Below are positions 18,866 through 26,804 of a DNA stretch of 32,000 bases, piece by piece. Both the position numbers and the translations under genes were made by a program. Location: NCBI RefSeq assembly GCF_003231495.1, contig NZ_PQWO01000034.1, positions 1 to 32,000 on the forward strand. The letters are read 5' to 3'. Source of the stretch: Acaryochloris thomasi RCC1774. GTDB lineage: Bacteria > Cyanobacteriota > Cyanobacteriia > Thermosynechococcales > Thermosynechococcaceae. The notes beneath the pieces are model-generated. The model worked only from the letters and a program-made list of their open reading frames with translations. It was not told the DNA's origin and searched no databases. Every line of letters starts with the position of its first letter. The first letter of the stretch is position 1.

Positions 18866-19957
18866 CTAAGCAGCTTGGTCAACCGTTAGTTGAGCGTTGG
18901 AAAAAAGAGCGGACAAATTAAGAATGCTCAAAGTCTTGTCGTTGTAACGGGCCGTGCCCTGAAAATGCCTCTGGTGGCTTGCAGAGCTAGCTAGCGGGAT
19001 AGCTGAAATGTCAGTTGGAGAGAGAGACATCACATCAAAAACGGCATCCACGGGAATACCAGCAATGATGTCGTCAACCTCTACAACAATGGCCTTTGCT
19101 GACGGGGCTGCGGCAGGAGCCTGCGTTAACACCGTGCGGAGATCCACCAGCGTCATCACTTCACCACGCAAATTCATGTTGCCTACAATGTGTGGAGGAC
19201 AGCAGGGGATGGGAGTGACCTGCTGCACATTGATAAACTCACGCACCCTGTCTAACTCCAGCGCGAAGTAATTCTCACCTAAACCAACCACAGCCAAGGA
19301 AACCTGATCATTGCTTTCACCCTCTTCCAGGGGTGGCCGCAGAGCATCCGCGCGTTGCCGAAAGATTGCTCGCTCGGCTGGCGTTACGTTTTGACAGTAC
19401 AGCTCGTAAAAGTTGCTACCGCTCCGTTCTGAAGTAACACTGGTCTGCCACTGAGCCTCTGGAGCGGTCTCGGTATTTGACTCAGAAAGTTCAGCCTCCC
19501 AGATCATCATGGCAACATCATCGGCCTGCCGAATCAAGGTCTCAGGGTTGAGTAGAACCACCAGATCAGCCTCTACCTTGGCAACCCCGGCGACAAACGC
19601 AGTATTTATCTGCTGCAGTCTGCCGTAATCTGGAGCAGCCTCATGATCTGTAGCTGCGATCGTCTGAACATCCAATACCTGATGAACCACGAGGCCCACC
19701 TGTATTCCCTGCCACTCAATCACAATGATGCTGTCGCTGAGCTGGCAGGGCAGCATGGACTGCCCAAGACGCAAGTCTAAGTGCATCACTGGGAGCAGCT
19801 TCCCGCGCCAGTTGAGGCTACCGATGATGTCCTTTGGAGCATCAGCTATGGGCTGGAGTTCAGGCAGATGGAAGATTTCTCGTACCCGAGAAGCTTCAAC
19901 GCCATAGAGTGAATCACTGTGGCGAAATATTAAGTAGGATTGATTGTCTGTATCCAT
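18866..19957 (-). CDS. cheW: Tandem (double) CheW-domain coupling protein
   Basis: Two CheW-like repeats: YLIFRHSDSLYGVEASRVREI...WRGKLLPVMHL, and LAVVGLGENYFALELDRVREF...LRGEVMTLVDL. The ORF opens at TTG 19978; the first ATG is 19957. Confidence 0.9.
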   Translation of the reverse strand: MDTDNQSYLIFRHSDSLYGVEASRVREIFHLPELQPIADAPKDIIGSLNWRGKLLPVMHLDLRLGQSMLPCQLSDSIIVIEWQGIQVGLVVHQVLDVQTIAATDHEAAPDYGRLQQINTAFVAGVAKVEADLVVLLNPETLIRQADDVAMMIWEAELSESNTETAPEAQWQTSVTSERSGSNFYELYCQNVTPAERAIFRQRADALRPPLEEGESNDQVSLAVVGLGENYFALELDRVREFINVQQVTPIPCCPPHIVGNMNLRGEVMTLVDLRTVLTQAPAAAPSAKAIVVEVDDIIAGIPVDAVFDVMSLSPTDISAIPLASSASHQRHFQGTARYNDKTLSILNLSALFSNAQLTVDQAA

Positions 19958-20030
19958 GGGTCTAAGCCTTTCCAGCAAAAGTTATCGGCGTGGGCCGTAA
20001 AATGAATGACAGTAAACGAGATCGCTAATT

Positions 20031-21164
20031 TCAGACCTTCACTGCGGTTGATACGTTTTTATCGAGCACCTCAAGCAATTTTTTCTGAGAGATGGGCTTG
20101 GTGAGATAATGGGTAGCACCCGCCATCTGTCCCTTAAGTTTGTCGAACATGCCATCCTTGGCCGTCAGCATTACGATCGGCAAGCTCTGGAACTTACCAA
20201 GGCTGCGAATGGTGCGGCACAGTTCTAGGCCGTCAATGTCGGGCATGGTGACATCCAACAAGATCAGCGACACATCTCTGCGATTGAGGATGTTGAGGGC
20301 ATCCACTGCGTTGTCGGCCAGTAGCACCTGATAGCGATCGCCAATAGCTCGCTTAATCAGGGTTTGCACCACTGGACTGTCATCAACGCTGAGGATAGTG
20401 GACTGCTGTGATGCTGCAGACTGAGATGCCTTTTGAGCTATCACCTCTGGGCTGTCACAGGTTAACCAGCCCTTTTTACCCCATTGGTAATAGACATGGG
20501 CTAATCTCAGTGGATCTTTCTCCATTGCAACCGCAATATCCACCAGCGAGTTTTGGCCGTCCACCCACTTTCGTAAATGTTCCGCAACAGAGGCCTCAGC
20601 TTGATTGATGTTTAAAGGCTGAGGGACGGACTCAAGGGACGGAATGATAGGGGCCAACGCAGACCACTGCTGCTGACGCTGGGTGTAGACTGACAGCAGC
20701 GAGTCCCAGCAAAATCCTTGCTGGGACTCGCTGCAGTGGAGGTCAAACGATCTCTCAACGTTTTGGTTAATCGTTCCTTGGTAGGGAATGAGCTGCTCAA
20801 GAACCGCTAAGATTCTTGTTTGCATGAATGCTTGAATATCTTCCCACTTAAATAATTCAAGGCGAACCAGTAGTTCAAAGTATTCTTGAATTGAGCTGTG
20901 ATTCTTTGACTTTTTATTCGCCAACTTAATCGCAGAATCCATTACCTTAAGCTTGAGCTGATGACCCAATAAAATCGCAAGGTCTTGAGCCGTGATCAGA
21001 TCTACCCCAGCATAAGTCATCCATCCCTGATGGAAAGCGATTACCCGTTTTCTGAGCTGCGTCTGTTGTGGAACTTTAGCCTGGACTGCAATGACACCGC
21101 TAAATTTATGACTTCTAAAGCTATTAATAAAATACGGCAGTTGTTTTGACTTAAATTGTTGCAT
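20031..21164 (-). CDS. PatA-type response regulator (N-terminal PATAN-like domain + C-terminal REC)
   Basis: The ~250-aa N-terminal domain (FSGVIAVQA ... RVIAFHQGWMTYAG) has the architecture of PatA/PixG/PilG-type regulators. The C-terminal REC is intact (LSVDDS ... LLDVTMPDIDG ... MLTAK ... YLTKP). Confidence 0.88.
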   Translation of the reverse strand: MQQFKSKQLPYFINSFRSHKFSGVIAVQAKVPQQTQLRKRVIAFHQGWMTYAGVDLITAQDLAILLGHQLKLKVMDSAIKLANKKSKNHSSIQEYFELLVRLELFKWEDIQAFMQTRILAVLEQLIPYQGTINQNVERSFDLHCSESQQGFCWDSLLSVYTQRQQQWSALAPIIPSLESVPQPLNINQAEASVAEHLRKWVDGQNSLVDIAVAMEKDPLRLAHVYYQWGKKGWLTCDSPEVIAQKASQSAASQQSTILSVDDSPVVQTLIKRAIGDRYQVLLADNAVDALNILNRRDVSLILLDVTMPDIDGLELCRTIRSLGKFQSLPIVMLTAKDGMFDKLKGQMAGATHYLTKPISQKKLLEVLDKNVSTAVKV

Positions 21165-21582
21165 TTTCTCTACCTCAACTTAAATAATAAGTTTGTCTGA
21201 TTCTTCACAAAGACAGTCAAAACCTTGAAAAAGGTTTTTTGCTTATTATTTAATAATATTAACTATCAAGCCTCTAATTCTTTGATTTAAACACCAAAAA
21301 GCTAGATATTGTTGCTGATAACTATCTTTCCCAAAATGAAACTTGATAATCACAGTCTCATAGTTTCCCCTAATGAAGGTAAGTTTGCCATTTCCAATTT
21401 AATGAAGCGCTACTAGATGAGGCAGGATTGCATGTTCCTCTTGGTCTCTATAATTAATGTGCCCATGTAAGAGAACAAGTCTTACTCCAAGACAATCGTA
21501 GATTTTTACTTATCGTCTATTTATACGATCGGGCTGCATTGCCGAGTACCTTGTTGTCATCAATACCTTTCTATTAATTTTC

Positions 21583-21654
21583 TCAAGACCTCCCTATTGT
21601 GTTCTTCAATGCATTTCCATGGATTTCTTCAATACTTCTATAGAGAGGTCTTGA
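21583..21654. repeat. 10-bp perfect inverted repeat just downstream of the cheR stop
   Basis: TCAAGACCTC (21583-21592) and GAGGTCTTGA (21645-21654). The intervening 52 nt contain two TTCTTCAAT direct repeats. Confidence 0.5.
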
Positions 21655-21683
21655 AGGACTGCGATACATTGACAGGCTGTTTT

Positions 21684-23078
21684 TCAACTTGCTTGCAGCA
21701 GGCATTGACGGAGCTGCATTAATAACTCACCTGCGGTGACCTGACCACGATATTCAATCCAGGTTTTAGGCGGTAGCTTTTCTAGCAGTTCCTGAGCAGT
21801 GTGGTACATCTTTGTAGCTCTATTTCTTTGGGTATCTTGAGCATAGATAGCTCCCAACTCAAAGTAGGCTGGAATATGGGTTGGCTGAAGATAGAGAATT
21901 TTTTTGAGGATTGTCTTGGCTTGTTTGTAATCACCCCTCTTCTGAACGATCTGGGCCATCAAATACAAAGAAGATAGTGATTCCCCGTCAACAAGCAGTG
22001 CAGCCAGACAACAATTCATAGCCTGTTCTAGGTTTCCCCGCTGCCAATGAGATTGAGCAAGTAGATGTTGGGCAGCCCGATCCGTCGTTGAGTTTGAAGT
22101 TACCTCATACTGAATCGCCAGGGGTGCTTTGGGCTGAAGTGTTGAGCTAGGAGAAGTCTCAACTGACCGAGAGAGAGGCTTGGACCGCGGTTCGGCTGTC
22201 GCTACAGATTGGGGGCGATAGGCCATTGAGCCTGAAAAACTCAGTACTTGAAATTGCTGCAGATTCTGGTTGTAAAGCTCAGCATGGCCTGTAATCAGGT
22301 AGCCCTTAGGATTTAATGCTGAATGAAGCTTCCTGAGGATTGTAGCGATCGCATCTGCTTCAAAATAGATGAACATATTGCGGCAGATGATCAAATGCAT
22401 GGAGCTGAGCAGGTTGTTAGGCACCGGATCGGCCAGCAAATTCCCTCTGCGAAACGTTACCCGCTCCCGAATGTGGTCATGAATCTGCCAGTTCGCTGAC
22501 ACAGGGCGGAAGTAAAGAGACTTGAGTTGCGGCTCGGTTTGGCGGAAGGACCAGTTTCGATATAAACCCTGTCGAGCCTTATTAAGCGCCGCCGGATTCA
22601 GGTCTGTTCCCAGGATAGAAATCTGCCATCGAGGTAAATCGGGGATGAGCTCTTGAAGCAGAATCGCTAGCGAATAAGGTTCTTCTCCTGAAGAGCAGCC
22701 TGCGCTCCAGAGATTGAGCGTGGGCTGGGGAATTGAACCTGCAGTATAGGCCTGTCGCTGCTGAGCAATGAGGTCGGGAAGGATGTGCTCTCGCAAAACT
22801 TGAAATTGGCCATGATCGCGGAAAAAGTAGCTCTCGCCAATGGTGACTAACTCAAGAAAATAGTCCCATTCGCGTTTGGCTTCGGATTCGGACTCCGCAA
22901 AGGATTTTAATCCGGAAGTCAGATGTTGATAATAAGCCTGGGGACTTTCCACGTTGATGAATTGAATCCGATGCATAATATTGTCAGACAGGGTAACCCA
23001 GTCCTGAGATCGCAGCCGGATACCAGTTTGGCTCTGGATTAGGTCTAGAAATTTCTGCCGCAGTGCTGCCTCAATCAT
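21684..23078 (-). CDS. cheR: CheR-type MCP methyltransferase with C-terminal TPR repeats
   Basis: ESYFFRD, WSAGCSSGEEPYSLAILL (SAM-binding), ILGTDLN and IICRNMFIYFE. The C-terminal ~130 aa are TPR-like. Start is ATG 23078 or GTG 23096. Confidence 0.9.
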   Translation of the reverse strand: MIEAALRQKFLDLIQSQTGIRLRSQDWVTLSDNIMHRIQFINVESPQAYYQHLTSGLKSFAESESEAKREWDYFLELVTIGESYFFRDHGQFQVLREHILPDLIAQQRQAYTAGSIPQPTLNLWSAGCSSGEEPYSLAILLQELIPDLPRWQISILGTDLNPAALNKARQGLYRNWSFRQTEPQLKSLYFRPVSANWQIHDHIRERVTFRRGNLLADPVPNNLLSSMHLIICRNMFIYFEADAIATILRKLHSALNPKGYLITGHAELYNQNLQQFQVLSFSGSMAYRPQSVATAEPRSKPLSRSVETSPSSTLQPKAPLAIQYEVTSNSTTDRAAQHLLAQSHWQRGNLEQAMNCCLAALLVDGESLSSLYLMAQIVQKRGDYKQAKTILKKILYLQPTHIPAYFELGAIYAQDTQRNRATKMYHTAQELLEKLPPKTWIEYRGQVTAGELLMQLRQCLLQAS

Positions 23079-23220
23079 AAGATGTCCGATTTTCACCCCG
23101 CAACTGTATAGTACCCAAGGCCTATGTGATTGAATCAGTGGCCCTTTGCTGGATCTCTTCCAGTGGTAAAGCCGGTAAGCCAGTGATTGAAGTTCACTAT
23201 GAGTGCTGTAGCATTCCTTT

Positions 23221-23310
23221 CAGTACAAGGTGGCTTTGTTGTCTCTTCAATTGCTACCCTAAAAGCTAGACTCGGTCACAACTCATCATAGAGACAACAA
23301 AGCCGTACTG
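23221..23310. repeat. Long inverted repeat (15-bp perfect core, 21 bp with a bulge) in the cheR / 23462-ORF divergent intergenic region
   Basis: GGCTTTGTTGTCTCT (23232-23246) is the exact reverse complement of AGAGACAACAAAGCC (23290-23304). CAGTAC (23221-23226) pairs with GTACTG (23305-23310) across a 5-nt bulge. The spacer is 43 nt. Confidence 0.7.
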
Positions 23311-23461
23311 AATTGTTCTGATCTCTGAGTGTTGCAGGTTGCTTGCTCCATCCTAACCACGCCATGCAAGGGACACTCGTATTAAGATGTCAGTAGTGCA
23401 TATTCACATTTATACTCGCGCCCCTGATAGCTGAGCTGTCATGTTGCTAAGCAGTGGATAA

Positions 23462-23872
23462 ATGCCCGAATGGAAACCCAAAATGCATGATGTGGACGCA
23501 GCAATCGCCGTAATGACCGAGGCTGAGATCCCAGCTTGCGAAAAGGCCTATGGTTTCAGTGTCATGCACACAGACCTTGTCAAAAGCTCACGCAACTTTG
23601 CCGAATGCGGGTGTGAACATGATGGTTCAATTTCCATGTCCGTCTACGTTGACGAAATGCCACCAGTGGTCTGGTTCTTTCGATTCGACTTTCGTGAAAT
23701 GGCCTGCCTGATTACGGAGTCATATCGACGACTCTCATCCAACGCATCACGAGCTGAAATCATCAGCCAAATGCGCTTGGTTGATGCGGAGTACAATCAC
23801 GATGAATTGGACGCAAGAATCAACGAATGGCAAAAGGAGTTCGAGAGGCGATTTTCGAACGGTACAAGATGA
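23462..23872 (+). CDS. Hypothetical protein (136 aa)
   Basis: ATG-initiated ORF with ordinary amino-acid composition. No motif I recognise. Confidence 0.6.
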   Translation: MPEWKPKMHDVDAAIAVMTEAEIPACEKAYGFSVMHTDLVKSSRNFAECGCEHDGSISMSVYVDEMPPVVWFFRFDFREMACLITESYRRLSSNASRAEIISQMRLVDAEYNHDELDARINEWQKEFERRFSNGTR

Positions 23873-23976
23873 TCAAAGTAATGACCTCAGGTGGCTGACC
23901 AGCAAAGCCACATAACGAAAACATACGCGGTCGTTTTAGGTCTGACCTGCCTGGATGCCAACTCTCCGCAAACTAA

Positions 23977-24300
23977 CTCCCCCAATGCTTTGATTGCCGA
24001 TACCACGACCAGTCCGGCCACCTTGTCTGCGCTATTCATCCCTCTGGTCCTGAAGGCGATCGCTGTGCTGATTATGTTGAGATCGCTGAAGTTGCGGCGT
24101 ATGGGCATTGGGTGCCTGAAGGCTGGGCCTTTGAAGCTGGGGAGGTGCTGCCGATGGCCGTGAGTTATCAATTCCAGTACAATGCTAGCCATCCGATCGT
24201 CACTGGGCGTTGTCCTAGGTGTGGGCATGGCTTTAACTTGAGTGAGTCACGGGTGCATTGGGATTGCCTGAGTCGTGGCTGGAAGGATGACAGCCTCTAG
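23977..24300 (+). CDS. Small Cys-rich (double CxxC) protein, the better-preserved paralog; start codon unresolved
   Basis: Hand-extended frame upstream of the GTG 24112 ORF: LPQCFDCRYHDQSGHLVCAIHPSGPEGDRCADYVEIAEVAAYGHWVPEGWAFEAGEVLPMAVSYQFQYNASHPIVTGRCPRCGHGFNLSESRVHWDCLSRGWKDDSL*. It aligns with 8604-8930 over its whole length. This frame has no start codon. An ATG at 23955 is one nucleotide out of frame across a C5 run (23979-23983). Confidence 0.5.
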   Translation, partial: LPQCFDCRYHDQSGHLVCAIHPSGPEGDRCADYVEIAEVAAYGHWVPEGWAFEAGEVLPMAVSYQFQYNASHPIVTGRCPRCGHGFNLSESRVHWDCLSRGWKDDSL

Positions 24301-24423
24301 GGGAATGCTAGCGGTAGCTGTTCAAAGCAATCCCCTGTGGGATGATTATACATATCCCTAAAATTGCGAAAAATCAGGTTTAGGCTGTGTCCTTCCTCAT
24401 CATATGGACAACACAATTGTGAG

Positions 24424-25122
24424 ATGAAACAAGACATTGATCCGAGCGACAGCCTCAAAAAAATATCGCTTTACACCTTTATCGCTTTTCTATCGATCAG
24501 TGCTTTGTTTGCCATCGCTAGCGTATTTACCGGTAGGTTGGGGGAATTTGAACTCAAGGTCTTGATCACGACCTCTGTTATTGCCATTGCTAGTATTTGT
24601 TCCTTGTGTTGTTCCGTCTACTCCAGTCGGATAAAAAATACTATCCCCAGTTACACGGGCATTGCATTGGCAGGTTCTTCCGCCCTGATGTTGATACAGG
24701 GTGTGTGGGCAGAGACTGGTTCTGAGGGATATTGGAAAACCACAGCTACTCTCAGCATTTTCGCATTCGCATCCGCACATTCGCTTGCGCTATTGGCTGT
24801 GCGCTTAAGAGTGGAGCACGCTTGGGTTCAGTTAGTGGCAGTTGTTAACATCTTCATGTTTGCGACTATTCTCTCTGCGACTATTATTGGTGAGATCAGT
24901 AGCGATGGGAATGTCAAATTTATCACCATGCTTGCAATTCTTGCGACACTGGAAACGTTGGTAATTCCTATCCTAGGGCGATTAGTTAAAGGAAATGGCT
25001 CTCCAGTGAGAGAAGTTCTATCCCTCACTAAACGAGTAGATGGAGCCTATGAGGATAAGCATGGATATATCTATGAAGTAAAGAAAATGTCAGGCAAGCC
25101 ACCAGGAAGCTCTAGGTCATGA
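24424..25122 (+). CDS. Polytopic membrane protein (about 6 TM), unknown function
   Basis: Six hydrophobic segments and a charged C-terminal tail (KRVDGAYEDKHGYIYEVKK). The ORF opens at TTG 24364; the first ATG is 24424. By eye it is more AT-rich than its neighbours. Confidence 0.7.
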   Translation: MKQDIDPSDSLKKISLYTFIAFLSISALFAIASVFTGRLGEFELKVLITTSVIAIASICSLCCSVYSSRIKNTIPSYTGIALAGSSALMLIQGVWAETGSEGYWKTTATLSIFAFASAHSLALLAVRLRVEHAWVQLVAVVNIFMFATILSATIIGEISSDGNVKFITMLAILATLETLVIPILGRLVKGNGSPVREVLSLTKRVDGAYEDKHGYIYEVKKMSGKPPGSSRS

Positions 25123-25224
25123 TTGATTAAAGGAACTGCAGCAATTGCTGGATTTAATTAACAAAAGGCCACTGGTAACTCCACACACCGATTGGATTTG
25201 ATCTGGAGGATTGCCAAAACTTGA

Positions 25225-26625
25225 TCACCGCAGTGCATCGATCTCGATTTGCGCCGCTCGTGCCGCCCACCGTTGTCGGCTTGTCCCAAGGAATTCAATT
25301 GCTGCTTGGCCTTCAGCAGGATTGCGTTTAGCCACTAAGACAATATGTTTATCTAGTCCCCGCAACCTTATCGATTGGTGTTCATCCCAAAAAGCCGAAT
25401 GAAACGGCAATAAGCTTGGTCGATGGGAAGCGCGCTTTCTGTCGAGGAAATATAGTACTGAGTTGAATGGCACTGTAATGGGATAAGACAGCAATGACCT
25501 CCACCAGGGAAGCGTTAACCCAAGAGCAAGCCCCAGTAAACCGTATGCCCAGATGGTGACAATAGGTTGCTTTGATTCAAATTCTGCGAACATCAGCGCT
25601 GAACTGCAAGAAGCTAAAGCACCAGCAATTGCACCGGCTTTTGGTCCCGCTATACGCTCAGCTATGGCGTAGGGCAGCAAGTAATAGATACTCAAAAGTA
25701 AGCCGGTGCTCACTCCAATAACCGCACCCATTAATCCTCCCCCCGTAAATTCGTTTGCTAGGCCGAACATCGAATCGAGAGATGTGAGAAGCGCGATTAA
25801 GCCGGTCATTGCTCCAAGAATTGCAACAAACACCATGCCGAGTAATACACTCAAAAGCGTGCCGAATACAAGGCTAGGTCGCCATTTCCCAGTCCGTATG
25901 AAGATTACAGCACCGTATGTTGTGTAAAGTATCAGGACAGATAAGCCGATAAATGAGCTGTAGCTGAAGCCATACCCTGCTCTGATGAGGCCGATCAATA
26001 TGATGAATGCAGCCAAGCAGAGTGCGATACTGCCTGCGAAGCTGCCAAGTAAGACTCCCACGACGGTTCCACTGATCTGTCTTGTCAAAGCATTGCTTTT
26101 TTTATGGCATTCCATTTGACCCGAAACACCAATAACCACGCCCGTTGCCACGCCAACAGCTAAACCACCCCATAAACCATTCGTTAGAATTCCGGCCACT
26201 CCGCCCGCCACAATACCTGCCACGCTGCTTGCGACCCCAAGAGCAACACCAAGCCCCATGCCGATTGTAGTTGCAAGTGTAAGACCGCCTACCATACCAG
26301 CGATTAAGCCCTGAAACGCTAGCCCGTCCGATATCATCCCGACGCTCAAGAAAAATAAAGTAAGTAAACCGCCGGTCAGAAGAGGCACAATGAGATAGCT
26401 CTGCAGCAATAGCCTGTATAGAGGAAACCTGCCCCATTGTTTAAAGCTGACCTCGGCCCAACTAAAGTCAGGCTTTAGCGCCAGATTCATCCGAGTGATG
26501 TGATGATGCCATGCGGAAGGCTGTAGGAAGATCCAGAAAAGAAGCTGGAGACTTCCTAATAGAATGTTAGGATGCTGCTCAGATTTATGACTATAAACAT
26601 TCTGGGGTATATTCGGTTGTGCCAT
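25225..26625 (-). CDS. Large polytopic membrane protein with glycine-zipper-like helices and a soluble C-terminal ~90 aa
   Basis: 466-aa ATG ORF. It has many GxxxG/GxxxA runs (GMVGGLTLATTIGMGLGVALGVASSVAGIVAGGVAGIL...). The C-terminus (FWDEHQSIRLRGLDKHIVLVAKRNPAEGQAAIEFLGTSRQRWAARAAQIEIDA) is non-hydrophobic. Confidence 0.75.
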   Translation of the reverse strand: MAQPNIPQNVYSHKSEQHPNILLGSLQLLFWIFLQPSAWHHHITRMNLALKPDFSWAEVSFKQWGRFPLYRLLLQSYLIVPLLTGGLLTLFFLSVGMISDGLAFQGLIAGMVGGLTLATTIGMGLGVALGVASSVAGIVAGGVAGILTNGLWGGLAVGVATGVVIGVSGQMECHKKSNALTRQISGTVVGVLLGSFAGSIALCLAAFIILIGLIRAGYGFSYSSFIGLSVLILYTTYGAVIFIRTGKWRPSLVFGTLLSVLLGMVFVAILGAMTGLIALLTSLDSMFGLANEFTGGGLMGAVIGVSTGLLLSIYYLLPYAIAERIAGPKAGAIAGALASCSSALMFAEFESKQPIVTIWAYGLLGLALGLTLPWWRSLLSYPITVPFNSVLYFLDRKRASHRPSLLPFHSAFWDEHQSIRLRGLDKHIVLVAKRNPAEGQAAIEFLGTSRQRWAARAAQIEIDALR

Positions 26626-26804
26626 ATTAAGTTGAACCGTTAGCTTCTTGGTTCATGGTGTGCCTCTGCTCATCTCCATCGAACAGAAGATAACTATGGT
26701 ATTGGATGGGGATGTTTCATAGTGTACTGAAGGCATCATCTGTCAAATGCTTAGTCTGAAGCTCTTTTCCTTGCACCCTTTTCTTGTGAAGGTATGAGCG
26801 ATCG

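Noticed and set aside
15040-21164. Antisense or alternate-frame ORFs inside cheA, MCP, cheW and the patA-type gene (e.g. 16087-16386, 17531-18724 set, 19008-19271, 20140-20800 set)
   Set aside because: They are contained within genes with unambiguous domain signatures, and their Ala/Ser/Arg-rich products are typical of shadow frames.
23887-24228. 113-aa minus ORF and 90-aa plus ORF (23891-24163) overlapping the Cys-rich gene
   Set aside because: Paralog alignment with 8604-8930 supports a different plus-strand frame, so these two are shadows.
25139-25150. 12-bp perfect palindrome CAGCAATTGCTG between the convergent membrane-protein genes
   Set aside because: It could be a bidirectional terminator or a binding site. 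As a hairpin, however, it gives only a 4-bp stem, and no U-tract follows. The evidence is insufficient.
26102-26437. 111-aa Gly/Arg/Trp-rich ORF in another frame of the 466-aa membrane protein gene
   Set aside because: It is an artefact of the GGN-rich glycine-zipper codons, and the hydrophobic frame is far more plausible.
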